From Lama glama (taxonomy: Eukaryota), in the NCBI GenBank assembly GCA_028534125.1, contig CM052818.1:1180001-1244000 (forward strand): a stretch of 64,000 bases of DNA, read 5' to 3'. A model generated the notes under the pieces. That model was not told the DNA's origin. It saw only the letters and a program-made list of their open reading frames with translations, and searched no databases. Made by a program: the position numbers and the translations under genes. How positions within the stretch are numbered: position 1 is the first letter of the stretch; every line of letters starts with the position of its first letter. Of the stretch, positions 50,480 to 63,329 are shown piece by piece.

Positions 50480-52200
50480 CTCAGCTATTCAATACTTAAG
50501 AACACCCACAGTCTACTGGCCCTAGGCCTCAAGGGTGCGGGGGGTGGGGAGGGCAAGACCCCACGCTCGCTGCCTCAGGGAACTTGTGATCTAACGTGGA
50601 GAAGGGGCGATGAGTGAACTGTCGGCCTCAAACCACGTGCTACAATGGGTACCCAAAGTGCCAGGGGTTGTGGGGCTGGAGAGGTGGCCACACCCCGCTT
50701 GCATGAGGGAAGATGTCTAAAGCTAAGGCCTGGAAAAGAAGCCGAAGTCCAGGGAAATCAGAGCAGGGGAAGAGGAAAGGAAGTGGCCAAGGGAGGGGCC
50801 AGCTCAGGCAAAGACTCGGGGTGGGAATAGCCCAGTGTCTCTGTGGCCCGGTGACAGGTAGGGGTGCCGTATGTCTCCCACCCAAGGGGCAGGGTAGTGA
50901 GGAGTAGGCAGGGGCTGCATCTCGAGGGAGCTAGACTGGGTCCCTGAGGGCAGTGGGGTCACTGAGCCATTTTATAACAAAGAGAAGCATGATCAGACTT
51001 GCAGCTGAGAAGGCTGGAGCTGGCTGCGGCGGGGGCTGGACTGGCACGGGAGAGACTTGAGGGGAGGGAAGGAAAGTGGAGGTCAGGAGGCCCGAGGGTC
51101 TTCCACTAGAGAACCATTAGGTGACCGGGGTGGGTAGCCACGGTGGGTAGCCATGGTGGGGCAGAAGGATATGAATTCACTTCTGTCTGAGACATGTTGA
51201 GTTTAAGTACTTGTGGGGTGTGTGCAGGGAAGAGGACCTAGCCAGACAGAGCCCAGGGACCCCGAGAAGTGTCCCAGAGGGTGTCACAAAAAGGCAGCTG
51301 ACAGTGACCCTGGAGAAAAAGACTTTCGTGGAGTGTGGTGGGAGCAGAAGCCAGATGTGCTGTGGGTTGGAAAGTCAGTGGGAGGTGAGCAGGTGGAGCT
51401 GGCCAGTGTAGACAACTCTTAAAAGAAATTCGGTTGTTGGGGAGGAGAGAGCCCAGGTAGTAGCTGAAGCATGACGTGGGGGCAAAGGGGAGGCTTTGTC
51501 AGATGGAAGGTTCTACATCTGTGTTGAGATACTGATAAGCAGGAGTCTGAAGAGAGTAAAAACGTGGGAAGAAGGAGGGCAGCCCAGGAGTGCTCTCCCC
51601 GGATGGGCAGGGGGAAGGTGGAGCTCAGGGTGGGGTCTGCCTTCGTGGGGAGGGATGGCCACAGTGGGCCAGCAGGAGGGCAGGCCTGGAGCAGAGTGAT
51701 GACGAGAAGCTGAGGGTTCCTTCTGATGCCTTCTGTCCTCACCCCGAGGTGGGAAGATGAGTGGGGAGCTGAGGGTGGGGTGGCTGAGGAGAGCAGAGGA
51801 GGCTCAAGGTGGCCTCTGTGGAGAATGGGAGATGGAATTGACCGGCCGTGTCCCCAGGTTTGGGGGGCTTCCAACCAAGCCAAAGTCAGAGACAACGGTC
51901 TCCACTAGGTGGTCAGGTTCAAGTGGGGAGAGGTGGATGCTTCTGCCAGTCAGGCTGGAGGGGCTGAAGTGATGGCCCCTGGGGTCCAGGTTGGGGAGGA
52001 TGTAAAGACAGCTGCAGGGAGTCTGGGGCCTGAGATCTCAGTGGTCAGAACACAGATAGTGGGAGTGAGGGGGAACTGGAGAGACAGGGACTGGGGGGGG
52101 GGTCCTAGAGGGGAGGGTTTGGATTGAAGGAGCCTGGGTGGAGCAGCCCTGGGTGGGGACCAGGTCCAGGGTGTGGCCTGGGAATTGGTTTATGCAGTGT
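50480..52200 (-). mobile_element. Degenerate L2 fragments
   Basis: Purine-rich tract with gacatgttgagtttaag, gtggtgggagcagaagccaga, gtgtagacaactcttaaaagaa motifs. Confidence 0.5.
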
Positions 52201-52526
52201 GGTGGACAAGGTCCATGGAGAGAAGGGAGACACAGAACTCAGAGGCCGGAGGGCAGGACGCTTACCCACGTGGCCGTGCTGCCGAGGAAGAGGCAAGACC
52301 TGGGCCAGAAGGGGCACCGGGAGCCCCTTGGCAGAAGGGCAGGAAAGACGGAAGATGTGTCATTAAATGGTGGCGCACGTGGGCCCTGGGCTGGGGTGCC
52401 GCCGGAGGCGGAGGGGGGAGAAGTCTGGGCACTAGGGAGGTCCTGACTGCTGCTCCCAGCCCCCATGCACCCCCTTCCCTCCCATCCCCCTCACCTTTCC
52501 TCTCTATGCTCTCACTCTCTCCTCAG

Positions 52527-52604
52527 ATCGAAACCAGCCAGCTAGAGCCTGAGATTGCCCGGGCCACGAGCAGCCGGACAGTGGTGTACAACAAAGGGCT
52601 GTGA
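52527..52604 (+). CDS. SFXN5: Sideroflexin-5 terminal coding exon
   Basis: Long pyrimidine tract ending cctcag; translates [28 protein letters not shown] with the family NKGL terminus. Confidence 0.97.
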   Translation: METSQLEPEIARATSSRTVVYNKGL

Positions 52605-55580
52605 GGGGCCGGCCGGCCGGCCTGGGGACGCGGTGTTGTCCGGGCCGGGAGGTGGGAGCAGCGAAGGAGTCGGAAGGGCTGCCCTTGCAGGGAGGGGCAA
52701 GCTGAGCCCCCAATCTTGGGCCACCTGGGGGAGCGCCCCCCACCCCCACAGGGGCAGGGAGACTAATCTATTCACGCGTTAACATAAGGGAGAGGAATTC
52801 TGACACATTTACTACAAAAATAATCAAGTGCATTTCTGGGCCTTACGTGGGGTTGTCAAAACTCTACTCAGCACAATTACGTGTGAAGCTGAAAAATTGT
52901 AGAGTGCCCACAGGGTAGGATTAGGATCTTTTTCTAGTTTGATTTCTTTTTTATTTTTATTTTTCATCCAAATCAAGCCTTGGTCGCAGCTGCCCAGAGG
53001 CAGCAGGTGGCCAGCAGTGGGAGTAGGCGTAGGCCTGGGGGCTGGGTGATTTGGTGGCTGGGCTGGTAGATTTAAGATCTACTGGGCTGGGCTGGGCTGG
53101 GGAGGGGAGGGGAGGCAGTCTCCACCTCACAGGATGAACCAGCTCTATCTGAGTTTCTCAGGAGGTGGCCCAGGAAGTCACTGGTGGCCTCTGGAAGATT
53201 CCTTGGGCAGCTGGCTCTGAGGATGGACAGCCTTCATTCATGCCACACCTGCATGAAGCCCAGTGACAGACTGGGGCTGGTGTCACCCTTCATGGATCCC
53301 TGATCCATTTGAGGCCCCTGAGATGACCCCAGCTCCAGACAGAAAGCCCTAAGAAGGACCGATGTTTGGCGGGAACTGCGGGCCTCCACTCTGGCCCTTG
53401 CGGGAAGACCTTCCTTCCAGGCATAGCCTGGGAGCCAGGCAGTAGGGTCAAGGGTGGGACTGGAGCCAGGCTGACTGCCATCCTTTCCAGCCACCAGGGC
53501 CACCTGCTCGGTCCCATCATCTCCTGAGTTGGGGGATCTCTTGCAAGAGAATGCAGAGGCCAGATCTCTAGGCATCTACCTGAGAGCATCAGTCTAGGAA
53601 TGACAGGCCCTGTCTCTGCTGTGTGATCTTGAGCAAGTCCACTCCCTTCTCTGAGCCTCCACTCCCTGTCTGGAACCAGAGGATTGGACTGAAGGGTTCC
53701 TACCTGCTCTTCCAGCGAGACTTCATCTTTGCCTGTCCTGCTCAGATGCTGGGCAGCCCAGGCACATCTCCAGCGTGAACACTGGACTGGGAATGGGGCA
53801 GACTCCTTTGGGAATGGCCAGCTGTTGGCCTCAGAACCTGGGCCTTGCCTTTCTGTATATGAACACACCTCCTGGGATCACTTGACCTTTGCCAAACACT
53901 TCACAGTTCTGAAGCAGGAGGTAGCACGCCTGCATGGGCCTGAGTGTGGGCCCACATGTTTATGCCGCTGCCTCTGACCCTGCGCAGCCGCCGAGGCCCC
54001 TTGCCGCTGGCTCTGTCTCCTTCCCATTTGCGGGCCAGGAGAGGGGAGGGCTCTGCTGGAGCTTTGCGGGTGAAGGCAGGGCCTGAGGTGGGGGTGAACA
54101 GATAAGCCCTTATCTAAAAGGCCCAAACAAAGAGGAAGCCTGGTCCTCAAACTCCCCTCCCCTGACCAACTGGAATGGAGCCCTCCGTGTGCAGCCAAAG
54201 GGCTCTGCCCCCCTGGTGACGCTGCCTGGGGAGAGACCTGGCTGGAGATGAACACACGCCATTGTGGGAAGGCCTAGTGCAGGGCAGCAAGGTGGTGGCC
54301 ATGGGGGGTCCTGCCATCCTTAGGGCGGGGGAGCTGTGGTGAGGTGGGCCTTCCACGGGCACTGACCCCCCAGAACCCCCCAGCCAGGCCCTGTGCCCCG
54401 AGCCAGCTCTGCAGGATGCTGCCCTGAAAGCTCCCCACTCTCCTGCGGAGCAGCCCGCCCATCAGGAGGGGGAGGAGGCAGAGACAAGCATGGAGGACAA
54501 AACAGTAGAGTGGGCACCACAGTGGTGGGGGGCAGGGGGTTTTTAGCTAATCCTGCCATAATGTGAATGTGCCATGACTGGGGGCTGGGCATGTTTGGTC
54601 CTCTTTTGAAAAGCTCATTTCGAGCGCACCTTGCCCCACCTCTCACAGGGTCTTGTTCTTGTGCACTTCACCTTGGGACCAATACTGCCCATCACCTCCA
54701 GGGACCTGGCAAGGATGGGATCTTTCCAACTCTGCCTCTTTGCTGGCTGCCCCGGCCCAGCCCGACCCCTGCCCCAACCCTGTGAGCCCTGCGGCCTCGG
54801 CGTCTCATAACCTACTTACTTTTTCTCCCGGATGATTTCTGGTCATGCTCCCAGTGCAATTTCACGTGAGCTAAGGGGGCTTTTCCTGAGGGGGTGGGCA
54901 GCAAAGGATCCTTATAGCTCAGGGTACTGGTGACAGAGGTTCAGCGGGCCATGCTGCTAAATCCTGCTCTGGCTGCAAAAAGTACCATGAGGGGAAATTT
55001 TTGGCCACCATCCATCCTCCACTCTGCTGAGACCAGGGAAAGGGAGGCCTTGTGGGCAGATTGGTTCCTAACTGAGGGGGAGGCTGAGCTGGGACCCAGA
55101 GGCTGGAGCCTGGCCCAGCTGTGCCAGAGTACACGGCGTCCCTGCAACTGGTTCTCCAGCCCTGGTCTACCTGTCGACCCTCCTCTGTTCACGCCAAACA
55201 TCCCTTGGGCGCGGGGACGCCCTTCTCTCATTTCCAGAGAGCAATCTGAAAGCACAGGGACTAAAAGCCCAAGATGTCAAGATGGCCAGCAGACTCCTTT
55301 CCAGCTCCTGACTTCCAGTTCCTGAGCCAGCTGCTCTCCTGTCCTGGGCCTCTAGCCCGGGAGCAGGGTGACGTCCTGAGAGGAGAAGGGCCAGCGGGTG
55401 GAGGCACGGTGGTTTTCCAGCCCTGGGCCGGTGTGAGTGAGGTACCAGCACACACGCCTCGGCCACACCCAGGGGACTTGGTGGTGTCTTTTTAAACTTC
55501 TCAGAAAATTTCTCAATCTCTGTGATTTATGTAACACTAATGTGCTGTGGGCAATAAATGATTGATTTAAAACATCAGGG
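52605..55580 (+). other. SFXN5: Probable SFXN5 3' UTR (~3 kb)
   Basis: Runs from the stop codon to an AATAAA in an AT-rich patch at 55553; the end is inferred. Confidence 0.65.
55553..55558 (+). terminator. Polyadenylation signal of SFXN5
   Basis: gcAATAAAtg with upstream TGTA and downstream GT-rich tttgtgaattgtggtg. Confidence 0.7.
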
Positions 55581-57699
55581 CTCAGCTTTGTGAATTGTGG
55601 TGGGGAGAGGAGAGATTAGGGATTTTGTGGGAAGGCCCCCGAGGAAGGCGCTGACCCAGGCTCCAGGAGGGGTCAGGCCCACTGGGAGGCCCAGGTGGAA
55701 AAGGAGAGGAAAGGACAGAAGGACATGTGAGGACGGGAAACTGGACAATGAGGGTGAGTTGAAACTCTGCAGAAGGACCCCCTTTACAGAGCGGTTGCTG
55801 AGTGGAGCACCTACTAAGGGTCCCACTGCAAAAGATTGAGTAGATGAGGGATTTTGGTAGATTCTCCCACGCTGCTGAGGTCCAGGGGACAGGGAGGAGG
55901 TGTGGGAAGGGGAGGGGCATTCTGAACTGCCTGGGGGCCAGGAGGGGCTTCATAGGAGGAGGTCTGAGCCAAGTGGAAATCTATGTGATGTTGGCCATTG
56001 TGCCTGACACCATCCCTGGGAACTCTGCCCCCTCCTAGCTCCTCCACAGTCCCCCAAGGCCAGGCCTTGGCCACCTCCTCACAGCTCTGGCTCCTCCAAT
56101 TCCAGGCAGCCCCCGGGTTCCTGAAGGAGGGAGGCCTGGCCTCTTCTCTGGGACCTCCAGCATCCCCAGCCCTGCAGGGAGAAGCTGATGGCCTCCCATG
56201 CCAGGGGGACCATGTAGTGGAGGTTGGGTTCATGGCTAGGATCAGGAAGACCCAGGTTCCAGTCCCAGTTTAGCCCCAGCATGACCGTGACTTCTAGCCA
56301 GTCCCTTTCTTTATTCACTGGTTTGTTCGGTCAGATGTTTTATGAAACATTCTCCCCAGCAGAGCCTAGTGTCCTCGGCTCTAATATGTCAAGACCAGCA
56401 TCGCTCGCTGGACCGGGGTAAGGACTGGAGAGACCAGGTGAGGAACGCACACAGACTTCTCTCAGGCCTCCCCGGTGTCACGGGGGCTGCTGCCTCCCCT
56501 TGCCTGGGCGCTGGGCCTCTCTAGGAGGGTGGAAGGAGGGAAAGGGGTGGGGGAGGGATTGTAACCAAGCAGGACCCGATGGGGCCTTCCAGGGACAGAC
56601 CCCTCTCCCATATCCTCTGCTGTATTTCCTCTCTGAAGTACCCAGATAATCGTAACCAAAAAATGGCTTCCCTCCTGCTAAAGCACAGAGGCCGGGATTC
56701 GGCAACAGGCTCTGGCCTCAGAGTGATACTTCTAGGTCGGGGGCTTCTGGTCTCTGGGGAGTTTCTTTGCTGAGAGCCTCACTGGCCACAGCCCCACCTG
56801 GACGGAAATCCTTGCCTCTCAGGACTGACACAAATCCCTCCTGGGAGCTGTTTGTTGTTTTTAGCTGGTTTGGGGGCTCAGCTCCTGCCCAGCCCGGAGA
56901 TCATTAACACTCCAGGAATGCGACTTCTCTTGGCCCCATCCCCACCCGCTGGCCCCTAGGGCCTCCCTCCTCCCACTCAGCCCAGGGTTAGAAGGAGAGT
57001 CAGAATGCTAGGGGATGAGGGCAGTGATGAGTGACCCTCTCCCCAGGCCCTGGGGAGCCCGACCTCATTTTCAGAATGGAGTTTCCCCCATCCCCCCAGA
57101 GCTGCCGCTGCTCCTGCCACCTCACCCCTCCTGCTGCCTCTAGTTAGCCCCCAAAACAGGAAGGTCTTGGCCACTCCCTGCAAGGCCTAACCCCCCGGAG
57201 GCCCATGCTCCCCTGCAGTACCAGGTGTCTCTCTCAGGGCGGTGCCCAGAAGTGCTCATTCTCCATGTCCCACTCCGAGGTAGCTGCCAGCAGCCTTGTT
57301 CAAGGTCAAGAGCTTGGCTCCTTTCTGACAGACTCCTCCTCAGCCAGAGCAAGAATCTGGAGGCCCACCACACCCCAGTTCCCTGGGCCTTGCGGTGGGG
57401 TGGAGAAAAGGAAGGAGAGAACAAAATGGAGAAAGAGAAGGTGCACAAAGGGGCTGACAGAGACACCAGACGCCCCCAGACTCCAGGCAGGCCCAATGGG
57501 GACGTGAAGGATCCCCAGCCACCTGGGCTGGCTCTCCTCCTCGTCACATGTAAGCACGGCCGAGGGAGGAACAGTACAGCAGGGCCCTCACTCCCTCCAG
57601 AGGTGAGCTGCAAGAAGCCCGGTGCTGTTACAGAACAAGGGCAAGACACTGGGGACGTCAGTGAGCCAGCTGCGGCAGGGCCAGGTCAGCTGGGAGCCA

Positions 57700-59200
57700 C
57701 TGGAGGCCTTACTGACACAGTGGCATCATCTTTCAACAGAGTGGAGTGGAGTGTGAACAGGCAAGACCGCTGGGGAGACCAGGGAAGAGGCCATGGTGGC
57801 AGTCAAGGTGAGGGAAGATGGGGCCTGGGCCAGGATGGGGATGGACAGAAGTGAAGGGATGCAGGACTGACCGGCTCTTGGTGATTGACTGCAGAAAGGA
57901 AGGCAGAGAAAAGTCAAAGATGGCCCCGGGTTCCTGGCTTGGGCAGCTGAGGAGATACACGGTGATACCATTTCTCAGCACTAAGGAAAAGAGAAGGAAG
58001 GACAAATGCACAGAGAAGATGATGCGTTCTGTTCTGCAGGTTATTAGAGGTTCCTATGAGATCACCAAGTTGAGATGTCAGGAGACAATTGGGGGTGTTT
58101 GTCTGGAGCTCGGGAGGCCGGTCAGGATTGGATATGCAGACTGGCAAGTTATCCATTTATTGAGAGCACCTGAAGCTAAAGGACCAGTGGCAACCACCCG
58201 GGGGGTGGGGTACGTGGGGTAAGAAGAGGAAGGCCTGGGTTGGAACCTCGAGGAGTCCTTATCTGTGAGGCCTGGGTAGAGGCAGGGAGGCTGGTCTGCC
58301 AAGAAGCTCAGCCACAAGAAATGTGTTATGAGCTGAATTATGTCCCACCAAATTCATATGTTGAAGTCCCAACACCCAGTACCTCAGAATGTAACTGTAT
58401 TTGGAGGTAGAGTCTTTAAAGAGGTAATTAAGTTAAAATGAGGTCATGAGGGTGGGCCCTAATCCGGTATGACTGGTGTTCTTAAGAGGAAGTTTGGACA
58501 CAGACAGGCATAGAGGGAGAACACTGCGTGAACATGAAGACCGCCATCTGCAAGCCAAGGACGGAGACCTCAGAAGACAGCAACCCTGCTGGCACTTTGA
58601 TCTCGGACTTTCAGCTTCTAGAACTGGGGGAAAACACATTGTTGTGTAAGCCACCCAGTGTGCGGTGCTGGTCATGGCAGCCCCAGCAGACTGATACAGG
58701 GGCAGAAGATGAGCAGAGAGTGGTGTCCCGGAGGACAAGGGAAGAGAACGCTTCAAGTCAGACAGGGTGTCCACATACTTATCAGGCGCTGAGAGCTGAA
58801 GGAAGATGACGACCAAGGTGTGTCTCTTAAAAGGACCTGGAGAGAATGATCTCAGTGGAGCGTGGTCGGGGCAAAAGCCAGATCTCCGTGGGTTAAGTTA
58901 GCCGGACTCTCACTGACTGCCAGTGTAGCTAATTCCTTACAGAAGTCTGGTTGTGAGTTGGGCAGAGAAACATGACGTGGCTGCAGCATGACATGCGGCA
59001 AAGGGAGGGCTTTAGAACGGAGACTCCTGGGCACGTTGAAACTGATGCACAAGAGTGAAAGGGACCGTAAAGGCGGGAAAGCGGAAGCACCACCCAGGAG
59101 CGAGGAGGGCCTTCCCTGGCCAGAAGGAGGGAAGGGTCTTGGGTGACGACAGGAGGCAAATGGAGAGAATGGGCTGGATGCAGGCGGTGTGGGTCCGGGG
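57700..59200 (-). mobile_element. L2 fragments interrupted by the MLT1 LTR
   Basis: agtcaaagatggccccgggttcctggcttgggcagctg before, and gtggtcggggcaaaagccaga after, the LTR. Confidence 0.5.
58324..58698 (+). mobile_element. MaLR solo LTR (MLT1A/B-like)
   Basis: TG...CA ends (tgttatgagctgaatt ... cagactgataca), with aattcatatgttgaagtcc, gtgggccctaatcc and aagccacccagt motifs. Confidence 0.85.
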
Positions 59201-62200
59201 GTGGGAAGCCCGGTAAGAGGCTAGGGCTCCCGGGCCCCTCAAGATCCACCCCGCAACCTTCTCCACCCACTGCCTTCTCAGCTTCTGGGTAACTGCTCCC
59301 GCCCTTGGCCTCTTCAGGCCTAAGGGCCATGTGGATTCCCCATGGTTGCCAGCCTTGGGCTACTGCAACTTCTCTTGGTTTTTCAGAATTTGTCAATTGT
59401 ACCTTTATTCAACTCTCCTCAAAGCGCTCCATTTGAAGAGACCCTCTCTTTCCACCAGGCCCCTGACTGACATGAAGGCGTTCCTTTTTAACACTTCTTT
59501 TTCCCCTCTGAAGGTGGAAGTGAGGCCCTCTGCCAAGGGTAAGGGAGGAGAGAGGTTTGGGGGAGAAGCTTAGGGGGAGGATGGAGACACCTGTGGAGAA
59601 CGGGAGTGGGCTTATTCGCAGGGTGAGACCTCAGCTGAGGCTGGGACCTCGGACTTCGAGGGGTGCCGTCCAGAGCGCTTGCCTGATGTCCTCAGACTCA
59701 GCTGCAAGGGCAGATGGGAAAACAGGCCCAAGCAAGTCTGTGATTCTGCCAGGCAGGTGCAACTAGGGGACAGGGACAGGGTGATGTCAGGGAGATAACA
59801 GAGGAGCACGAGAGGTCAAAGCATGGATGTAGAGGGAGTGTGAATGCGAGTGCAGGACGTGCGGTCGGAGAGGAAAGGACATCTGAACGTGTGATTTGAA
59901 AGAAGGCACAGTTCTGGGTCCTGATACCTCCTGGGGGTGGGTGGTGATGAGGAAAGAAGGGGATGAGAGGCTGAGGTGCTGGTGGGTTGTCCGCGTGGAC
60001 CCCCAGGCCGTGGGGAGACAGAAGGACCAGGAGCTGGTAGCCACAGTTTTAGACAAATGAGGGGGCTGACCAGGACATGCAGCCACACACCCACACACAC
60101 CCACACGGTCACACTCACATACGCACGCCCACAGCCCTCCCAGACACTCCCAGACACCCTCACATGCACTCACCCTCACACACACCCCAGACAGCAGATG
60201 GGGTGCTCGGGTAATTGGTTAAACCTGTTCCCGATGTCTGGCTCCGCACTGGCAGCGCCTGTCTGGCAGGAAAGCTGGCTGGGCCTGCACCGCTCAGCCT
60301 GCGGGCCTCCCTGCCCCTCCCGCTGTGCAGCTGCCCCCCGGGGCCAGGGGCTCCAGGGAGCCCCGAGGGCCGGCCTGGCTCCCTCCGGGACAGAACCCAG
60401 GTCACGAGGAGGGAGGGCTCCATGAAGCACCCCAGGAAGCAGTCATAGAACCGGTGAGGAGGCGCTGGTGTAAACCAAGTGCAGGGATGCCAAGGGCGGG
60501 AGCCATGCTGCTGCGGAGGCCAGAGGGACTGACCCCGAAGAGCTCCGCGGACAACTGGATGAGTAAAGACCATGCCCTGAAGGTGAGGCACGCAGCTTGG
60601 GCCACCAGAGTTGAGGACAGCTCCCTGCGTTCCCTCCACATCAGCCACCCGCAACCTGGGGTTCTCACAGGTGCTCCGTAGTCACTCAGCCCATGGGACT
60701 CTGCCGGGCCCGGGGGCGGGGGGCCAGCCCAAATGAGGGGACGTGACGGAGTCGGGCCGGCCCAGGGAAGATCTGCTGAGCAGCCCGTCCACCGTCCTCA
60801 CCTCTGCAGGGCTTGATCTCCAGGGGGAGGGGCGCTCGGGGGAGGGAGGGGAGCACCATTCCTCAGCTTCCTCTCCCCTTCCCGTCTGCATCTGTGTCTC
60901 TTCGAGAGAGACTTTGGTTTGTTCCCTGGAGAGGGCCCAAAATCTCCCAAATTAGCAAACCTGGCAAGCCCGCAGCTCAGAAAATAGTTCATCCTGATTC
61001 CATGTTTTTCAGGCTCACAGAAGCCTTTATTAATGAAGTCACAACACCAATATTTACTGTCTGCGGGGAGAGGCACAACATGGGGGCACGGATGGGAGTG
61101 CGACGGGGACTCCCGCCCCGCCCCTTGCGGGCCCGGCCTAGGAAGATTGGCAGGTTTCCTTGGGTCCTTTCCAGCCCTTTATCTGGATGACAGGGGTGCT
61201 CTGCTGTGATCTTCCTGCACCTCCCCCTCCACTGAGTGAGAGAATCTGGAGTGTACGCATTCCTCTGCCCCCCGTTGGTGCCAAAAAGATGCCACCTCTT
61301 CTTACCGTCACCCCACCGGTGCGTACACGCTCCCCAGAGGTTATCCCCCACGCCTGGCAGTGAGAGTCCACCGTGAGGTTCAACTTGGACTTACCAAAGT
61401 TGGGACTTTCAAGATGTGAGGGATGCGTTTTCCTGGTTGATGGCCCGGTGGCGGGGGTGGGGGGCGGGTTGGGATGGGGTTCAGCCCTTTGGTTTCTAGC
61501 CTTGACTGGGCCCAGGAGAGACACTGACAGCCCCAGCAGCAGGACCTTCTGTGCTTGGATCCCTGTGTGTGCCCCCAGGCAACAAGGCTGGGCCTTTGAC
61601 ATCCTTGACATCTTTCCAACGACTTCAACACTGATCAACGCCCCACCCCAGGACATTCTAGGCACCAAGAATAGGATAAGTAAAGGCACAGCGCAGGCAA
61701 AAGCCATGGTTCACTGGGGGACAAAGGTGACGCGGGTGAGACCGAAGCAGAGGGCACCAGCAAGGGTGGAAAGAAGGGAGCGTCTGTGGGGCTTAGAAGG
61801 GGTGATGGGGTCCTGTTTGGGCTTAGGGAAGAGAACCCTAGCCGCAGCATGGAGGCCCTCCTTTGAAGTGGGCCTCAGCCTTGACATCCGCACAGACCTC
61901 TTTATGCCTCCCACTCCTCCATTCCCCTCCCAGACCCCAGGATCCATGTTCACCGTTTCCCAAGGCAGAAGAAACCTTGGCTGTTTGTGAAGGTGGGCAG
62001 TCCGGGAGAACAGGTGGAGCGATGAGTCAGCTGTGAACAGTCGGGTCTGAGGAGCTGGGGGGCATGGAGTGCAGCAGGCAGCCAGCTCGGGGGGCTGCAG
62101 CCCAGCAAAGGTCGGCTGGAGGCGTCGGCTGGGAACAAAGAGCAGCCCTGGAAGTGGCGGGCGCAGTGAGGGAGGCCAGAGGAGCCAGGGCTGACCCTGG

Positions 62201-63212
62201 GGTGGACAGAGGTGACGGGACACGGATAAACCTGAGGAGGACTCAGAAAGGCTGGGAGAGGTGTCAGTGGTACTGGTGTGAAGGTGGGGAAGGGTGGGGG
62301 AGTCCAGGAGGGAATGGTCAGAAGATGGGGAGCAGTCAAGCCAGATGGGAGGCTGTTGAGTTTGGCCACAAGGGGGTGGCGGTAACCATGGTTGGGGACT
62401 GTCATCAGCATCCACCCAGTGGTGAGGCAGAGGTGGAAGAGCAGAGGGCTGGGGAGCACATAGGAGACCAAGAAGTAGAGGCAGGTCTTGTAAGGAATGG
62501 GGTGCTAGGAGAACACCCCCTACTTCTTAGGATGAAGGAGAACTTGATGTATGACAAGCAGGAAAAGCAAGTGGACAAACTGGAGGCAAATGAGCCAGAC
62601 AGCTTAGTGGGCCCTGCCTAGCGGCTCTTCCCCGGGCTGGAAGGCCCTGAGTCTGGGAACTGATGGCAAGCTCAGCCTCAAACCCTGTCTCTGAAGCTTT
62701 CATCTGTCCAGGGGGGCTCTCCAGGGACAGGTGAGCATCCTGGTGGGGCCAGGCCTTGGGGCAAGGACTGTCGGCTTCTGTGAATGGTGCCCCCTCCACC
62801 CAGCCCACAATACTCCCTGTTTCCTGTTCTTCCCTCAAAGAGAGAGGCCGTCAGGGCTCTAAGCATGGGGAAGCACAGTTGCTCTCTCCTCTCCTGACCC
62901 ACCTGGGCCTGATTCCCACGACTCATTAAGCCTGGAAAGTCTTGAACATTGCCACCTTCAAGACACAGCGTGGTCCTTCCCTACGTCCCGCCTCAATTTC
63001 TCTTGCTGTGGAGTTGGAGCTAGAGACCAGGGTCAACCACCAACAAAGGAGAAGGGTTAATGGATTGAGTCTCCAAGGTCCCACCCCAAGCTCCCATGCC
63101 CTGAACATGCTTGCTCTGCCAGATCCCACTGGCCCTCAGAGTCAGAATCCACCACCCCAGGCTCACAGGCTCTGGGCTGGAGCTGGATGCCCGTGTTGTT
63201 AAGAGAGAGACT

Positions 63213-63218
63213 TTTATT
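63213..63218 (-). terminator. Candidate EMX1 polyadenylation signal
   Basis: tttatt on + (AATAAA on -) about 370 nt downstream of the EMX1 stop; longer UTR isoforms are possible. Confidence 0.6.
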
Positions 63219-63329
63219 ATTCCCATAGGGAGGCACAAGGGGATCACTAAGAACTACAGAGGGCGCCTGGAAAATAAATTAAAACAGGAACGCATCAAAA
63301 CAAAAAGGAGATAAGAGAAATGGAGAGTG

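Noticed and set aside
51128..51160. Short direct repeats (ggtgggtagcca x2; also ggacc-type x3 at ~27463-27490) as an array or CRISPR-like structure
   Set aside because: Only 2-3 copies with no spacers; ordinary slippage duplications in eukaryotic DNA.
2208..52604. Calling SFXN5 an established pseudogene
   Set aside because: Only one lesion, in an error-prone CCC run; all splice sites and the terminal exon are intact, so this cannot be concluded without read data.
58433..58816. 127-aa minus-strand ORF
   Set aside because: It is largely a translation of the MLT1 LTR.
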